This document shows, one piece after another, positions 46,145-60,057 of a stretch of 64,000 nucleotides of DNA. Every line of letters begins with the position of its first letter. Position 1 is the first letter of the stretch. The position numbers were made by a program, and so were the translations under genes. The notes beneath the pieces are model-generated. The model searched no databases and was not told the DNA's origin. It was given only the letters and a program-made list of their open reading frames with translations. Source of the stretch: Oopsacas minuta (taxonomy: Eukaryota; Animalia; Porifera); NCBI GenBank assembly GCA_024704765.1, contig JAKMXF010000199.1, forward strand, positions 248,001-312,000, given 5' to 3'.

Positions 46145-49100
46145 GGTACAATTATGGAATGTTGCACTCCCCAACCTTTTGCAAGATGGTATAAATCGCT
46201 ATATGTGCCGTTATAGAGCATGTTGAGAGATGAAGATTGAGTTAGAGATTTCTAAAATCGGTCAATAAACAAAAAAAGTTACAGCAATTCTAGCTTATAA
46301 GCCAAAGTCTATGGGGAAAATTGCAACTTCATTGAGCCAAATATATTACAATAATAGTGTTGCAAATAGCATAGTAGTGTACATACAATACTACAACATA
46401 CCTAATTAGCATTCCAATGTCTGAGTAATTTGTGTTACGTATTAATCAATCTCTTAAATCTCCAAGTAAATAGACATATTTAGTAAACATAAAATCTGCA
46501 ATAGTTATATTCAGTTATTTAACTACATTTCAAGAGATTATTTAGTAACTACTTCAACTTTAAATGGAGACGGTTGTTAGTTCTATACCTCGGGAATCAC
46601 ATCTTCTAACAATCTCCAGCGATTCTTTTTAGTTTGATTAATGTAAAGCCCACTATACACAATGCAACTATGTTGTACCCTGTATTACAGGATGGTGTAC
46701 ACAAAATTGTTGCAGCGTGTGCATTGATCGTTGCATGCAAAAATGTTGCACATAAAAATTGTTGCATGTGTAGGGTGGCTTAAAACAAAGCTTTCAATGA
46801 AATTTTGAAATTAATTAAATCATACTATAACACAGGACACCTTTTTACACTTGCATGAAACTTCTATTGCAACTGATTGCCTGAAACTTTCATGGAATGC
46901 ATATTTTTTGGTTGTTTGTCTGGAATTGATTGAGGAACTTGTAAGAACTAATGACATTATTTTTGCATGGGGTTGTAGGATACTCTATCTAGCAACTTTT
47001 TGAATAACCAATGCAAGAGTTTCTTTGTGAATCAATTCAAATTGTATTGGTATAATAAAGTATTGGGTTCACTGACTAAGGCCGATAATTCGAGCAAAAT
47101 TCCCATATTAAGGAAACTGGAATAAGGCCGAAAATTATTCATTACTTCAGTAACAAGCAGCCTTATAACAAAGTCCTTTAACGCCTCTGCGTCTTACGGT
47201 TCAGGGGGCTGCTTGCTACTGGACCCCCCTGAACTGTAGGACAAGGAAGATTTCGCGTACTTGGTTATACGGCTGTTTGCTATTGGAGTAATGAATAATT
47301 TTCGGACTTAGTCATGTTTCAAAATAAAGAGGAATACAAAAGGTTAAATTCAATATTATAATCTACAGCAAAGACAAAGAACCTACACGAATGAGTGAAT
47401 ATACCCTTCAGTGAATTATAATAAATAAAAATGAACGGATTTTAGCATATTCTAAGTGTTCCTTTACAAGTTAGAGATCGTTATCTGCCATGCGTGTTGG
47501 AACAACTGATAACATCATAAAAACACTGAATTATAATGGACTGTTGATGAATTATATTGTTCATCATGCGAATTATTTGCATCTGTATAGTTTTTAACAT
47601 TTTTAGATGGATTGTGTACAATTTTTCTTGCCTGTTAATGTAGTATGGCTGTTTCATGGTTGAAAAAGTAACAATTGATTTTTCTATCTGAGTGATAAAA
47701 AGCAAATCAATAGGGTGGATCATCTCCAAGTGGACAGATATAAGCAATCTCTATAAATATAAACTATGTACTTCGATATCAGAAATACACCTGCATATTA
47801 TTTCAAACATATATTTTTCACAATTGTCGCAATTTTCATGGCTACTCCCGTATTTAGACCTGTAATGATGCCTACATCTTTCGTTCGTCGATGAGATTAG
47901 ATTGAAGGAATTATTCTTAAAGATAACCATCAATCGTGACAATTGTATCTATTGGTTGAGGGTTCACGGATTATTAGCAAGAGGTAGGAGATGTAAATGC
48001 GGGGCAAACATGTCGGAAGGCGTACTTTCTAAGGTGCAGGAAGAGAGAAGTTGGAGATGTCCTGAAAAGGATTGCAGAAATTTGCATCCTACGAGTAGGA
48101 TCATTCTTTGAGGGATCCAATATTCCTCTTACTCAGTTGGTGGAATTTCTGTATTTTTGGGCAGAAGGACTACAAAGTACACATATCTTAACCCTAAATC
48201 TTAAGTGGTTTCCAAACACCATCACGGATTGGAAAAATTTGTTGAGGGACATCTGTGTGGAGAAGTACGTCTCTAATACCGAACCAATCGGGAGGGCATG
48301 GGCACATCGTTGAGATCGATGAAAGCAAATTTGGGAAAAGAAAGTACCATCGAGGAAGGCAACTATCAGGAAAATGGGTGTTTGGTGGGATTGATAGAGT
48401 GACCAAAGGAGCTTTGCGGTCACAGTTGAAGATAGATCAGCTTCTACATTGATTCTCATTATAGAACAATATATCAAACCCAGTACTATTATTCTATGCA
48501 ATGAATGGGCTTCATACAATCTTATTCCACCAGCTATGTTCATCCATTTGACTGTTTATCACAGTATCAGTTTGTGGTCCCTGGAACAGAGATTCATACA
48601 CAAACAATAGAAAGCACTTGGGGTCAAGCCAAGAAAAGGATGAGAAGTTCCATAACCATCAACCCCGAGCTCCTGGATACATACCTCGCTGAATATTGCT
48701 GGAGAGAGAAATATGGTGACAATCCATTTCACAACTTGCTAATAGAAAGAAGAAACCAATATACTGTTACTTAGATACAATTTTTGCATGCTAATTACTA
48801 GTTTTTGATAGTTGCTAGATATTTACATGTGAATCAAAATAATTCTAGATGTTCAAACATTGCAACCAGCCATGAGCTCAAACCATTTAAAAGTAGTTTA
48901 TTTGACAATATTATACAGTTATTATTTGATATTGTTCCAAATTTGTTCCGTTCATAGCGAGTAGAATCCCATTGTTTGCTATATATCACACAATAGAGAT
49001 CCTTTTGTTGCGTAAAAATGGCAACAAGTGTTGGTGAAATGACAGGCGAAATTCTGTTTGAAGTTTGCATGTATTTGTTGGTAAAATGCAACATTCCCAA

Positions 49101-49521
49101 ATATACTCAATTAAATACCTATATTTCCATTCTATAATTATAATTATTAAATAATATAGAAATATTGCAGATTGTATGTTTACTAAATATGTCTATTTAC
49201 TTGGAGATTTAAGAGATTGATTAATACGTAACACAAATTACTCAGACATTGGAATGCTAATTAGGTATGTTGTAGTATTGTATGTACACTACTATGCTAT
49301 TTGCAACACTATTATTGTAATATATTTGGCTCAATGAAGTTGCAATTTTCCCCATAGACTTTGGCTTATAAGCTAGAATTGCTGTAACTTTTTTTGTTTA
49401 TTGACCGATTTTAGAAATCTCTAACTCAATCTTCATCTCTCAACATGCTCTATAACGGCACATATAGCGATTTATACCATCTTGCAAAAGGTTGGGGAGT
49501 GTAACATTCTATAATTGCACC
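46145..49521 (+). mobile_element. Merlin (IS1595/ISXO2-like) element with 359-bp TIRs
   Basis: 46145-46503 versus 49163-49521 inverted; GG termini. Broken transposase at 47902-48774: WRCPEKDC, HIVEIDESKFGKRKYHRGR..WVFGGIDR, HTQTIESTWG..KK, YLAEYCWR. No TSD found. Confidence 0.88.
47123..47310. repeat. Nested inverted-repeat (double hairpin) unit inside the Merlin element
   Basis: Outer ~47-bp imperfect arms (TAAG(G/T)CCGAAAATTATTCATTACT...) and inner 14-bp arms TACGGTTCAGGGGG / CCCCCTGAACTGTA. Confidence 0.75.
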
Positions 49522-49581
49522 TTAAATATTGATACTTTTAACTAATAATTGGTGAATCGATTTTCTCAACTATGTAACTAT

Positions 49582-51430
49582 GAATCCCGGAAATTTCGTC
49601 CCCGGATTTTCCCTCCCCAGGTGATTCAGTGTCCCTTGTTATTCAGGTTTTATTCATGCATCTAGAGGATAAATATGGTTTAATTAATTATTGAAATGGG
49701 TATGTGAGGAATAATACAATAGTTAAAACTCAAAATTGTATGCGATTCCCCTAAGATATGTTGTTATATCCCTGTTCTCATAATCTCCAACAAGTAACTG
49801 TATACGTTCATCTCGTTCAATGGACTTTTGCTGCGTACTATTGTATCACCAGACTCCCACTTTATCAGTTTGGCCTCCTGTAGTGACTGTTCTCGTTGCA
49901 AAGATTTGAACAGCTTTGACACACTAGGGTGGGAACAACCAACATTAGAATTAAATGCATTGTGCCACCCCTCAACTATGTTATTAGTTCGTGGTAGTTG
50001 TTGACGTACCCTTTCGTACATGTTCCAGATTCTGATAGGAAAGGGCGGGATCCTTCTACTGTTATTAGTAAGTCTTTTACCATTATAGTTATCTTCAAAA
50101 TTTGTAGCAACTCCTAGAGCAGATTCTGGAAAATCTGCCATCAGAATATCGAAACAGTCCATCACATCTTGTTCTGGCACAAAAGCAAGGCTGGGAAGCA
50201 TCTTTAATTTCAGGAGGAATTCTCTATTTACTTGATAGATTGTTGTTAACCCCTCTAATTGTATTTTTCTATATACATTTTGGGAGAGATGAAAGAAGCA
50301 CCCCGAAATTACAGCAAGAAATTTGTCCTCAAATACATTAATTACTGCTTTTTCGAAATCGATCATTATCGTGGAAGGGTCTAATTGTGTTTGTATTTCG
50401 AGGAGTTTAGAGAGAAGTCTGTTGTAAGTAGAACCAGATTTATCAGGTAGTAATGCATATACGCAAGGGTAGAAGAATCCATCTCTCTCTGCATGAATGG
50501 TATACTGAAAGAAATATTCTGGTACTACCTTGAAAGTTCCATCAGCACACCAAGTTTCAGATTCTTAAATTAGAGCGAAAATTTTGGGGTTAGCAAATAT
50601 AATCATCCGATTGACGTCGCCAAAGCCAGAATCGAAAAGTAAAATGGCTCCCCTTTAACCGTCACTTTGTATTTTCCGCAATGATTATTTCAGCAGCACA
50701 GGTAGGATTCCCACAGTTTTCTTCAGATTTGCTTTTGTGTATACGGATGACTTTCTTCACAGATTCCAATTTAGGGAGTTGTGCAATACTTGAATATCCC
50801 ATTCGCTCGATACTATGTGAGAGAATGACCCTTGTACTTTCTTCAGATTTATTAAACGTTCTTTTACTAAATTATAACCTCAAAGCATTTCGATTCGATA
50901 GGGTTAGATCCATGTGTATGACTAGAATAAATGTCGTTTATCTGTGTCAGTTTGATAATTTCATCTCCTTTAGTGTGCATACGAGCTTTACACGTCCCCC
51001 GATTTTCACATACCCACTGTTGTACGTCCAATGACGACTTTGTCAATGTATACACGAACCCTTGGAACGTAGCTTTATCTTTCCCCCTTATAGTTTTAAC
51101 CAATTCAATTTTGAGAGCAGCGGTCATACAATGTGAAGTTTATGACAAGTGAATAATTCATGGACTATGATTGATCTTATTCTTAATATATGTATCCTTA
51201 TATACTACGTGGAGTATTCACGGATTGTTTATTTTTGCCAGACAGTGGTCAGGAAGTATACCTTTCACACCTACGATATGACTAGTGTAAATTATATACA
51301 TCTATTGTATCTGCAAGACTAGTTTGGTTTCACTAAGGATACAGGAATTTAGTGTATCTAACTTGTGGGATATCCTGGGGACGAAATTCCCTGGGGACGA
51401 AATTTCTTGGGGACGAAATTTCCGTTTACC
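49582..51430 (-). mobile_element. MULE (Mutator-like) element with FLYWCH domain, decayed and internally deleted
   Basis: FLYWCH-like FQGFVYT..WVCENRGTCKARMH..HTH; MULE motifs ADGTFKVVP, MIDFEKA, GCFFHLSQ, RTNNIVEGWHN. Shared terminal motif CGGAAATTTCGTCCCC; TSD GTAACTAT/GTAACCAT (7/8). Three 16-bp tandem GGGGACGAAATT units at 51377-51423. Confidence 0.85.
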
Positions 51431-51876
51431 GTAACCATAGTATCATCTAATCAATCTGAAATAGTATACCCATCTAGTAGCATAAGAAATTTATCTTTAC
51501 TATAATCATGTCATTCATGCGTAAATATCATATTATGGTAACACATTTGACAGGTTCTATTAATCAACGATACTGGATGTTCATTATTTGGTTCCTTGAT
51601 AATACACGTAGTATAATTAAATCATACTCACTCGAGATTTATTACACACAAAAGTGTATTCATACACGCTGAAATACACGCTATGGCAATTTTATTGGAC
51701 TTAGTTATGACCCCCGAAACTTGTCGTCCTCGGATTTCATGTACTTTTTTTTGAAGTTCCTTCTGATCTTCCAATGCATTTAAACAATAATGCAACTTTT
51801 TGGGTTGAACTTTATATTAACCCGTCTACTTTAGTTTTTTTTAATTATTTACATCATCACTTTTATTCGAGATTTT

Positions 51877-52949
51877 ATGGACAGTAATAGCTCAACTCTC
51901 ACTCTGCTTGTAGATTCTCCTATTCTCAAAATCGATTCATTGTTTCCTGTTCCAGTGGCCCAGGTGCTATTTTGCGGGAATTCTCTCCTTAAGTCAAGGA
52001 TATATAACGTTTTTCCTGGTGAAAACATTATAGGTCGTGATCGTTCCTCACATATTTTCTTACCATCTCTCCATTTATCTCGATTTCATGCTTCACTCTA
52101 TTTTCAATCTGGTTTCGGATTTTTATCAGATTGTAACTCCCACAATGGTACTTATAGAACAAATCTCCGCCTTACTCCGCGATTTCAATATGAATTATTC
52201 GATGGGACAGAATTTAAACTGGGAGACTTGTTGTTCATTTATCGATATCCTATACCTGATGGGAGTTTTAGTAATGTTTCGGAAACATCTTATTCAACTC
52301 AACAATCTCTCAATACCCCTTCTCTCACATTAATTCCTCGGGTTACGCATGATAGTAGCAATGGTTCGCTTCACGATTTGGAACAAAAAAGTAAGGATAA
52401 TAATGAAAATACTCTTCTCACTCTGAATACTGAAAAATCTATCGATATATATGATTCGCAAACCAATAATTCTCATATCTTTTCTATTCCCAAACTACTA
52501 GATCAGGATATTTGTGTACCAAGTAATCTTAAGCACTCCTTCCAAAAGATATTTAAGGATTCAAATTTCATAACTGAAACAGATCAAGTCGTTGCTGCTG
52601 ATAAACAATATGAATGCTCGTCTCTTAATGATGAGTATGTCAATAGTCATTCAAAGATACAAACCACGCATGATATTTTATCATTACAATATGATTTATC
52701 TTCTATGGATGATGTATTACCCGTGAATAGTGGTGTTGAACCGCCTTTTATTATTTTCACGTACATTATCGCAGATACTTATTCCAAATGTGTTGCTGAC
52801 CTCGGTGGCGTGATTACTGATGATGTCTACAAAGCAACACACCTTATTACTGACAGAGTCCGCCGAACAATTAAGTTTTTGTCCTGCCTTACTCGTGGGT
52901 GTGAGATAGTCTCTATTAATTGGCTACTTAAATCCAAAGATGCAGGGAA
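51877..52949 (+). CDS. MDC1: MDC1-like protein, exon 1 (FHA, linker, BRCT1)
   Basis: FHA: IIGRDRSS..LSRFHA..DCNSHNGT. BRCT1: IIFT..LGG..ATHLITDRVRRTIKFL..GCEIVSINWL, matching the MDC1 SHLVTDRIRRTVKFL motif. Phase-2 donor GTAAGT at 52950. Confidence 0.88.
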
Positions 52950-52989
52950 GTAAGTTATGTACTATTCTGGTCTAAAAGTTAGTAATCTT

Positions 52990-53220
52990 CTAATTGCTTT
53001 AGTAGTTGTTTGACCATATTCTGGTTTTTTTCTTGGCAGGTATATATACATTTAAGCTCTGTAAAACATGCCTTGGGGAAGGCCAAATTTTTGCTGGACG
53101 TATCACTGCCTTTCTTACTGCCATTTGTTCTCGAAATCTCGTTTTTGTTAATTCTAATGAATACACATATGTGACTCGCAACCATGCGTGCTACAAGTTC
53201 ATCTTTGTCGTGTCTCAATG
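52990..53220 (-). pseudogene. Possible Tc1 transposase fragment in the MDC1 intron
   Basis: RFREQMAVRKAVIRP... resembles the Tc3-type HTH region. Short and degenerate. Confidence 0.35.
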
Positions 53221-56200
53221 TACAAGACGAATTTACCTAATTAATGAATGGAGATAGATTCCAAATTTTTGAACCTGTGTTCCTTGTTTCTGTTAAATCA
53301 AAATTCACAAACACTTCAAAGTGATACAAAAATTGTAAGTACTTGGGAAATATTTCTAATTATTTAATTTCCCTCATATTTGATAAAGAACCTCAATATA
53401 ATGGCGATTACAATAGTGAGATGAGGCAACTGCCTGCTCTGTCATAATGCTAGTTATGCCCTAGTATATGACTCGTAATGAATTAGTTATCAGATAGAAA
53501 TTCGTTCTAGTTTATGTGTTATTTTTCCAATCAATTTATTGCCTCAATTGAGAATCGTTAATATTTACAACTTTTACATTCAATGAAAACATTATCAGCT
53601 TGTTGGTTAAACAATTAACACGACTCAATAATAAGCCAATATACTGGTACATAGGCTACTTATTGCTTCAAATTGCGAAATTGGAACTATAGATGATTTA
53701 TTGGCATTCAAATTAGCCTGTTTAAGAGCCCAATATCTTATAGGACAGGATTTTCTCAATTGATAAACCCTGAAATCTGATAAATCAAAACAATTTACAC
53801 GTAGCCCAGATACTGTATTTGATATCACTTAGATAATAGAAAATCGAGCTAGATTAATCACATTCCATATACCTGCTGAGCTCTTACCTAGTTCTCAATC
53901 TAGAGTCACTATTTCCCAATACATTTAGCATGAGATAGAATATGTGGTCACCTTTTATTAGAGATGGGTGAAGATTTACCTTGGAAATTTAAATTTCATC
54001 TAAGTTGGGCCATTTGGCATACACATGCCAAATCATAACTTTTACCAATTCTTCAATCAACTTGAACAAATCCACAAAAGATCTTTCGAGATCTAGTATA
54101 TAAGATATATATGTCTTCTCTCTGCTGTTCACACCTTTAGAGATAAAGACACCAAATTTAACCTTATATTTGAAAAATTCCTGTATATTCTTTCACATCT
54201 TTTCGCATCTCTGTATTTAGCCCAATCAGTTAGTTGTTTACAAATAGGCATAAATGCATAAAATTCATACTGGTGAAGTGTATGTGGTTTAATTAGCCCT
54301 GTAATTTCATTCCATTGATGTAGAATGCAATTCTATCTTTCAATGCATTCTATCATAAAGATTAGCTTCCACTGTTGAATAGAGGTAAACATTGACGTAT
54401 AATTCGATTTTGACATTTTTAATGCCTAACAACTTTAGTAAAATTCAATTTATCTTTCTTTGCTATAATGGATATTTAGTAAAATAATATATAGTTAAAT
54501 AATCCACCAAAATTCACTATGTAAATTTCACAGAGATTTGAGATTTCCTTCAAATCTTTAACAGCTCTTTTCAGAAATACTTTACTAAAATTTGGGAGAT
54601 TTTACCAGTGTATCTATTCAAAGTTTCTGCCATTACTTTCCAGGACATCTTCCTTTACTAGGAATTTGGGTATTATCATCGGCTCCTAAACATTTCGCAA
54701 TTTACTGAGCCTAATGCCCCTGGTCCAGTGATCAATTAAATGTATTCAGCCGATCCCGAAAGTCTATTTTTTCGCATACAGTCTGTCCGGAAGAAGCCAT
54801 TATTAACAAATCCAATCCTAAATCCGTATTCTATTCACTTCAGTCCGCATTTTGTGGAAATAGGATAAATTTCAAATATTTTCTGGGTAGTTAAGCAAGG
54901 TGTTTAATTTGGCAGTTAGTAAATTATAGGCTTCTCTATGCTAGGCAACAGCATCATCATTGTAATTATATAGGTTATCGATATTGACAAAGCCATGGGA
55001 CCCTTAGAGCCATTAAGATAATTTTTAAACAATTTCGCTAAAAGTGCAACAAATACATATTTTCGTTTCTTACAAAATATCTTTAATAACCCATGATTTT
55101 TACGTATTTTAGTACAATGTTCATTTTTAACCAATATTTGTTTTAATCTAATAATCGACCCAAAGATGCACTGTAGAATACCAAAAGAAAGTTAGACGGT
55201 TGGGTTATTATCATTCACCATTGTCAAACTCAATAATATATATTATTCTTAGAATGTATGTTGTAATCATACAAAAAGTACCCAAAATTAGAACACCTAT
55301 TTTATGATCTCATTTGATTATCCCATCATAATTTGAATAGCCGGCTAAACCAACGTGTCTTATGTGTATCTGAAGACATGATAAAGCGTTTTACTTCTCC
55401 CTATTTGCTTACTAACATCTACAAACTTTCCTAAGGCGAGAATTATTTAGCTCTGAAACAATCCCAACAACCAAAAGTTAACATGGAATTTCATATAAAT
55501 TCTACTTTCCGGATCGAAGCGGGTCCTGCAAGTTTTATAAATGGGATTATATAACTTTAGAAGTACACCACGTGAATTTCTGTCTGGTCAAATGTGGACT
55601 TTCTCCCTTCCAGATTAATGTAAAATCTTTGGTATTTTTGAGTTGGTAACAATTCCAAAATTGAAAATTTCGATAGTTCCATTGTAATAAGCATTTTCTG
55701 ACTAGTTATCGAATTATTAGATTCCTATTATAATCAGAACTATGATACTGGGAATAACTTTTTCCTAACCCAAGTTATATCTTAAAAATGCGAAATTTGA
55801 TCGAGCTTTGACAATTAAATGATTCACTTTTGGGCTCTTATTCGACTCGATACTAGGCATGAATATTCTGCTTACATTACGAACAATAATATAAAAGAAA
55901 TTTTATCAGACAATGAATTTCACCTTAATACGTACCCTAAACACTGAATTTGGTTGTGATCAATATCATCATTTATAATTTTAGGATATATATTCTTGCA
56001 CTTCGTAAAAATCAATATGTTTCAATGACATAACCTGTTCACTGATCATACTTTCCTGTGCCATGGATTCTTTTAATCTTTTAAATTTGGTACACTATCT
56101 TAATATTCTCGATAATATCGAATTGGTACATTTGGCTCGAAAATATGTATAATTTATAGAAAATTCTCAGCACAAGACTCGTCATCCAACTATCCCCAGT

Positions 56201-57374
56201 TAGGCATGTCGTCATCTGTTTGGTTAATAGGGCAATATGTAGTTAAATCTTCTCTGCTAACGAGGAGTAGTGCGTCTTCGGTCCCAGAATTAATATCAAG
56301 TGAAAGATATTTATACCTAAAAATATACATTTTTCGTATTTATAATTTGAGTTAATTAGTACCATGAATGGAGATTTTTGGCCAATATCTACTTATTCCT
56401 CGATTGTCTCGAGTTTTATTCATATCAGTCTGGCTATGCATTTGTTAGACAGATGTTTCTAATTGCTGATTATATGAATTTTGTTCACTATTCTTGCTGA
56501 AACGCAGAGCTTTCCTTCGGGTTAGTGCCAACGTTAGTCCTGGATGTATCCGGAGGTCTGACTGTTACTATATTTTGAATCGATTGATGGTATTTTTATC
56601 GTATTATTTATATTTGTTATTATAATCGCTTATTTGGTGGATTATTTCACTACTCTTAAAGTACTCAAGAACTTTTGCTTCGGATTAGTGTAAGTATCCC
56701 AGATGTTATTAGGATGTCTTACTACCTGATGTTTGTTTGTCAATATCTGGACAAACGTATCTCCAAAATTCAGACAAATGCTTTGGGTATTTCGAGACCA
56801 AAGTGCTTATTACGTAGTCATATGACATTTTTCCTACCCGAACAAGGTTTTGATAACATGTATTAGGGGTGGTAAATCACTTCTGCAGCGCAGTGTAGGA
56901 ACGCAACGCCATTCAAAAAAGTTCTTCGCTTCCAACACTGCCTTCATACAATAATTCTTCCTTCTGTGTTTATGATTGTATTATCACTGTAATGTATTTG
57001 TATATTGAATACAGACTGTAATTCCATTGTTCCATCTACTCTATTAGGTATATAAAGGATGCAGTGTATATGCAAACAATGCATCCTTCAGTGTCATGCA
57101 CTAGTGCATATGCAAAAAATATAGTATTCATATTTCAATGGTGGTATTTTAAATTGTTCCGTTATTTAATCACACAAAGATCAAAAGACTATTACATCAA
57201 GTCGAATCACAAGCAGTATCTGGATGTTGCAAATTCATATTCGAATGCTATCTGAATACATCTGTTTATATGTTGATAGGTGTGATAAATTACACTTAAT
57301 TTTATTATATTGAGCTTGTTTTATTTTACCTTGTGAATATATTTATATATTTTCTCGAAATCTTAACATTCTAG

Positions 57375-57813
57375 GTTTTTGGATACTAACCCATTTATTA
57401 TTGATGACAAATGTTCCGAAAAGAAGTTCAGATTTATTCTTAAAGATTCATGTATTTTAGCAAGAAGTAATAGATTGTTTGTTAATTATGTGTTTTACCT
57501 TACGCCTAACATTCTGCCTCAACACAGAGAGGTTGAGAAATTGATTTATTGCTCTGGTGGGAAAATATGTAATTCTCTGCAGGTTGCGAAACTCCCTATT
57601 ATTATCATCTCTTGCACGAAAGATATCCCACTAATTTCTAAATATTTTGGAAATTCTCTTCCTCCAAATATTCAATTATTCACATGCGAATTTATTCTTA
57701 GTGGTATCCTCAGACAATGTGCTGATTTTCATTCCTTTGGATTACTTAATGAGTTCAGAAATTTTATTTCCAAATCTAAATTTACGAGAAAACGACAGAA
57801 GATTAGTAACTAG
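57375..57813 (+). CDS. MDC1: MDC1-like protein, exon 2 (inter-BRCT linker and BRCT2)
   Basis: Acceptor TTCTAG at 57369-74 restores KDAG-K-FLDTNPFIIDD..EKKFRF, then YVFYLTPNILP..IYCSGG..IISC..D..EFILSGILRQ, collinear with MDC1 BRCT2. Spliced CDS is 1512 nt (503 aa); intron is 4425 bp. Confidence 0.88.
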
Positions 57814-58649
57814 ATTATACTTCAATTTATATTTCTTAATTTTTTTGTTGCTTCTTTATTACATACAAGTATACTCTTTGTCTTTGGAAGTTTTTTCAAC
57901 ATTTGTTCTTCCATTATATTTTTCTCTAATTGAATTTTATAAAGCTATTCATTCTTTAGTAACTTTCCTGTCTCCTTCCTATTAATTACGAGTTTTGCCG
58001 CTGCTCAACATGCATTGCCATGTGTTGATTGATTCTTTAAGTTGTTGAATTAGTAGATTCTAACTTGGCGTCTAACCATGCTGTTAGATATCTTTTCGAT
58101 TTGCGTGGATTTGGCCTCTTCCTTCAAATTATACTTTGAAATGAGATTCGCGAATAGTGAGTGTTGTCAACTCTATAGTACATAGAGTAAACTCTCGCGG
58201 TTGGGACTATTCGCGGATTATATTTTGTGTCTTGTTTAGTTATTCGCGACTCATTCCCCGCATCTATTCGCGGTTTCCCTTTCAAAAATCTCCAGTTTGT
58301 TTGGATAATATATGAGTATCCTGAATAATTTATACACTTTCAATTAGGATCAGATGTATCCAATCTTATCTTCCCTAATAACATTCGATATATCATCAGT
58401 CACTACCCAGAATTGTTGATATGGTTCGAGGATAAACATTGTTATTTAAACTTCGCCAGAGTTTTAGATTTGTTGAAGTGAATTGATTTGATTAGAGTTT
58501 GATGCGATTTGGAGAGGTATAATGGCCTTATACCGATTTGGCATCCACAGTTTGTTCCGGAGACCCAAGGTGGCGGTGGCGCTGACGCTGGATATGATGG
58601 AATTTGAAATGATTTGATTAGGATTTCATTGGGATATCAATACATTTTG

Positions 58650-59085
58650 CAGGGTTGGCTAGTTTAAACCATGGTTTAAACCGGGTAAAACTGGGTTAGA
58701 CCCTATTTTATGGTCATAACTGGTTATTTCACTGTACTAAACCTCATTTTATTGGGTGAACTACCTAAACTGTGTTTGAGGCTCTAATTTAGGATTTCCA
58801 GACAATAATTTGATTAAATTCTAATACAGTAAATATTCAGTCTTCATAATTAAATATCTGTAATCGTACAATTGACTTAAAACCAGACGTTATTTACTAA
58901 AAATTTTAGCATTCATTCCCCCAAAATATTTGTATTAAACAATATTAAAGTTGAGTTTCCAAAAGGAGGAATTATACTTCTATAGTTTGTAAAATCCGGG
59001 TTAAACTAGTAAGACCCGATTTAAACCGGGTTTACCCACTGGGCCGGGCTAAACTCATTTGACCCGGGTTAAACTCCCAACCCTG
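58650..59085. mobile_element. hAT-type MITE (436 bp)
   Basis: TIR CAGGGTTGG; repeated AAACC(C)GGG motifs; flanking 8-mers ACATTTTG/ATAATTTG (6/8). Confidence 0.7.
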
Positions 59086-60057
59086 ATAATTTGGGAGGAT
59101 TGGATTAGGATTTGAGTATTTCTATAAATTTGAATGGTTTGATTTGATTGATTAAATCTTTGACTTTCAATAATTTCATTTTATTTTATTTTATTGAAAG
59201 CACACATCAATAGCATTCTATAAACCAAGGCAATGCTGTTGATTGATGGACTTGTACAAGGGATACGTCAAGTCAGTGCTTAGGAATTCTATTAATTGTG
59301 ATAAATTTAACTGGTCATTTTTGGCCCAAAATGTATTATTGATACCTGACATTACTCTCAGTAGGTAAGTAAGTAGGTAAATTTGATTTTAAGGGGATAG
59401 CCTGTTCACAGAATGTGGTCTACCACAGGGTCCTCTATTTTTACAAAACATACAAAACAGTGCTAGAAATGCAGTGCAATCTAGGTTGATGATATATACA
59501 ATTAGAAATATAATCCAAAAAATAAGAACAATAAAATCTAATAAGAGAACATTACTTAAAGGCATTCTTTAGGTAATTCAGGTAAATGGAATTGAAAATT
59601 CATTTTCAAATCCCTATACCTAAAGAATTCCTTTAAAGATACTGCTTGCATTATATGCACATATAGATTACTTGCTGAAGAATATTCAAATGAATTTTAT
59701 ACAGGGTTAAATTTGCCTTAGGAAGGTAAGACATCTCTGAATGAGTTCTAGTAGTCATATGGTGTTTCTTCTTATCTTTGAGCTTATGTACCATTTGACT
59801 AACATATTGTGGAACCATTTTATGCAAGCTCTTGCACACTAGCATAGATTTCCTGAACACTATTTTACTTGTTGAGAGCCATTAGTTCAGATAGCAAGAC
59901 GTGACATGGATGAATAATACAAGAACTATATTCAACTCCACTAATAAATCTAGCAGAATGCTTCTGTAGCCTGGTTAAACGTTAAATTTCATTAGCAGCT
60001 GCTCCTCCCCATACAATGCTACAGTAATCAAGAAGAATGGCAATAAATGAATGATAA

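Noticed and set aside
53880-54800. Possible further Tc1 relic in the MDC1 intron (KVMIW-like motif; TA-CAGTCTGTCCG at about 54776)
   Set aside because: Too degenerate; no consistent frame or TIR pair could be established.
51877-57813. NBS1 or PAXIP1 identity for the FHA/BRCT gene
   Set aside because: NBS1 has BRCTs directly after the FHA, and PAXIP1 lacks an FHA. A C-terminal BRCT pair with THLITDRVRRTIKFL fits MDC1.
57647-57985. 112-aa hydrophobic ORF as a membrane protein
   Set aside because: It overlaps the MDC1 last exon and 3' UTR in another frame; T-rich DNA explains the hydrophobic composition.
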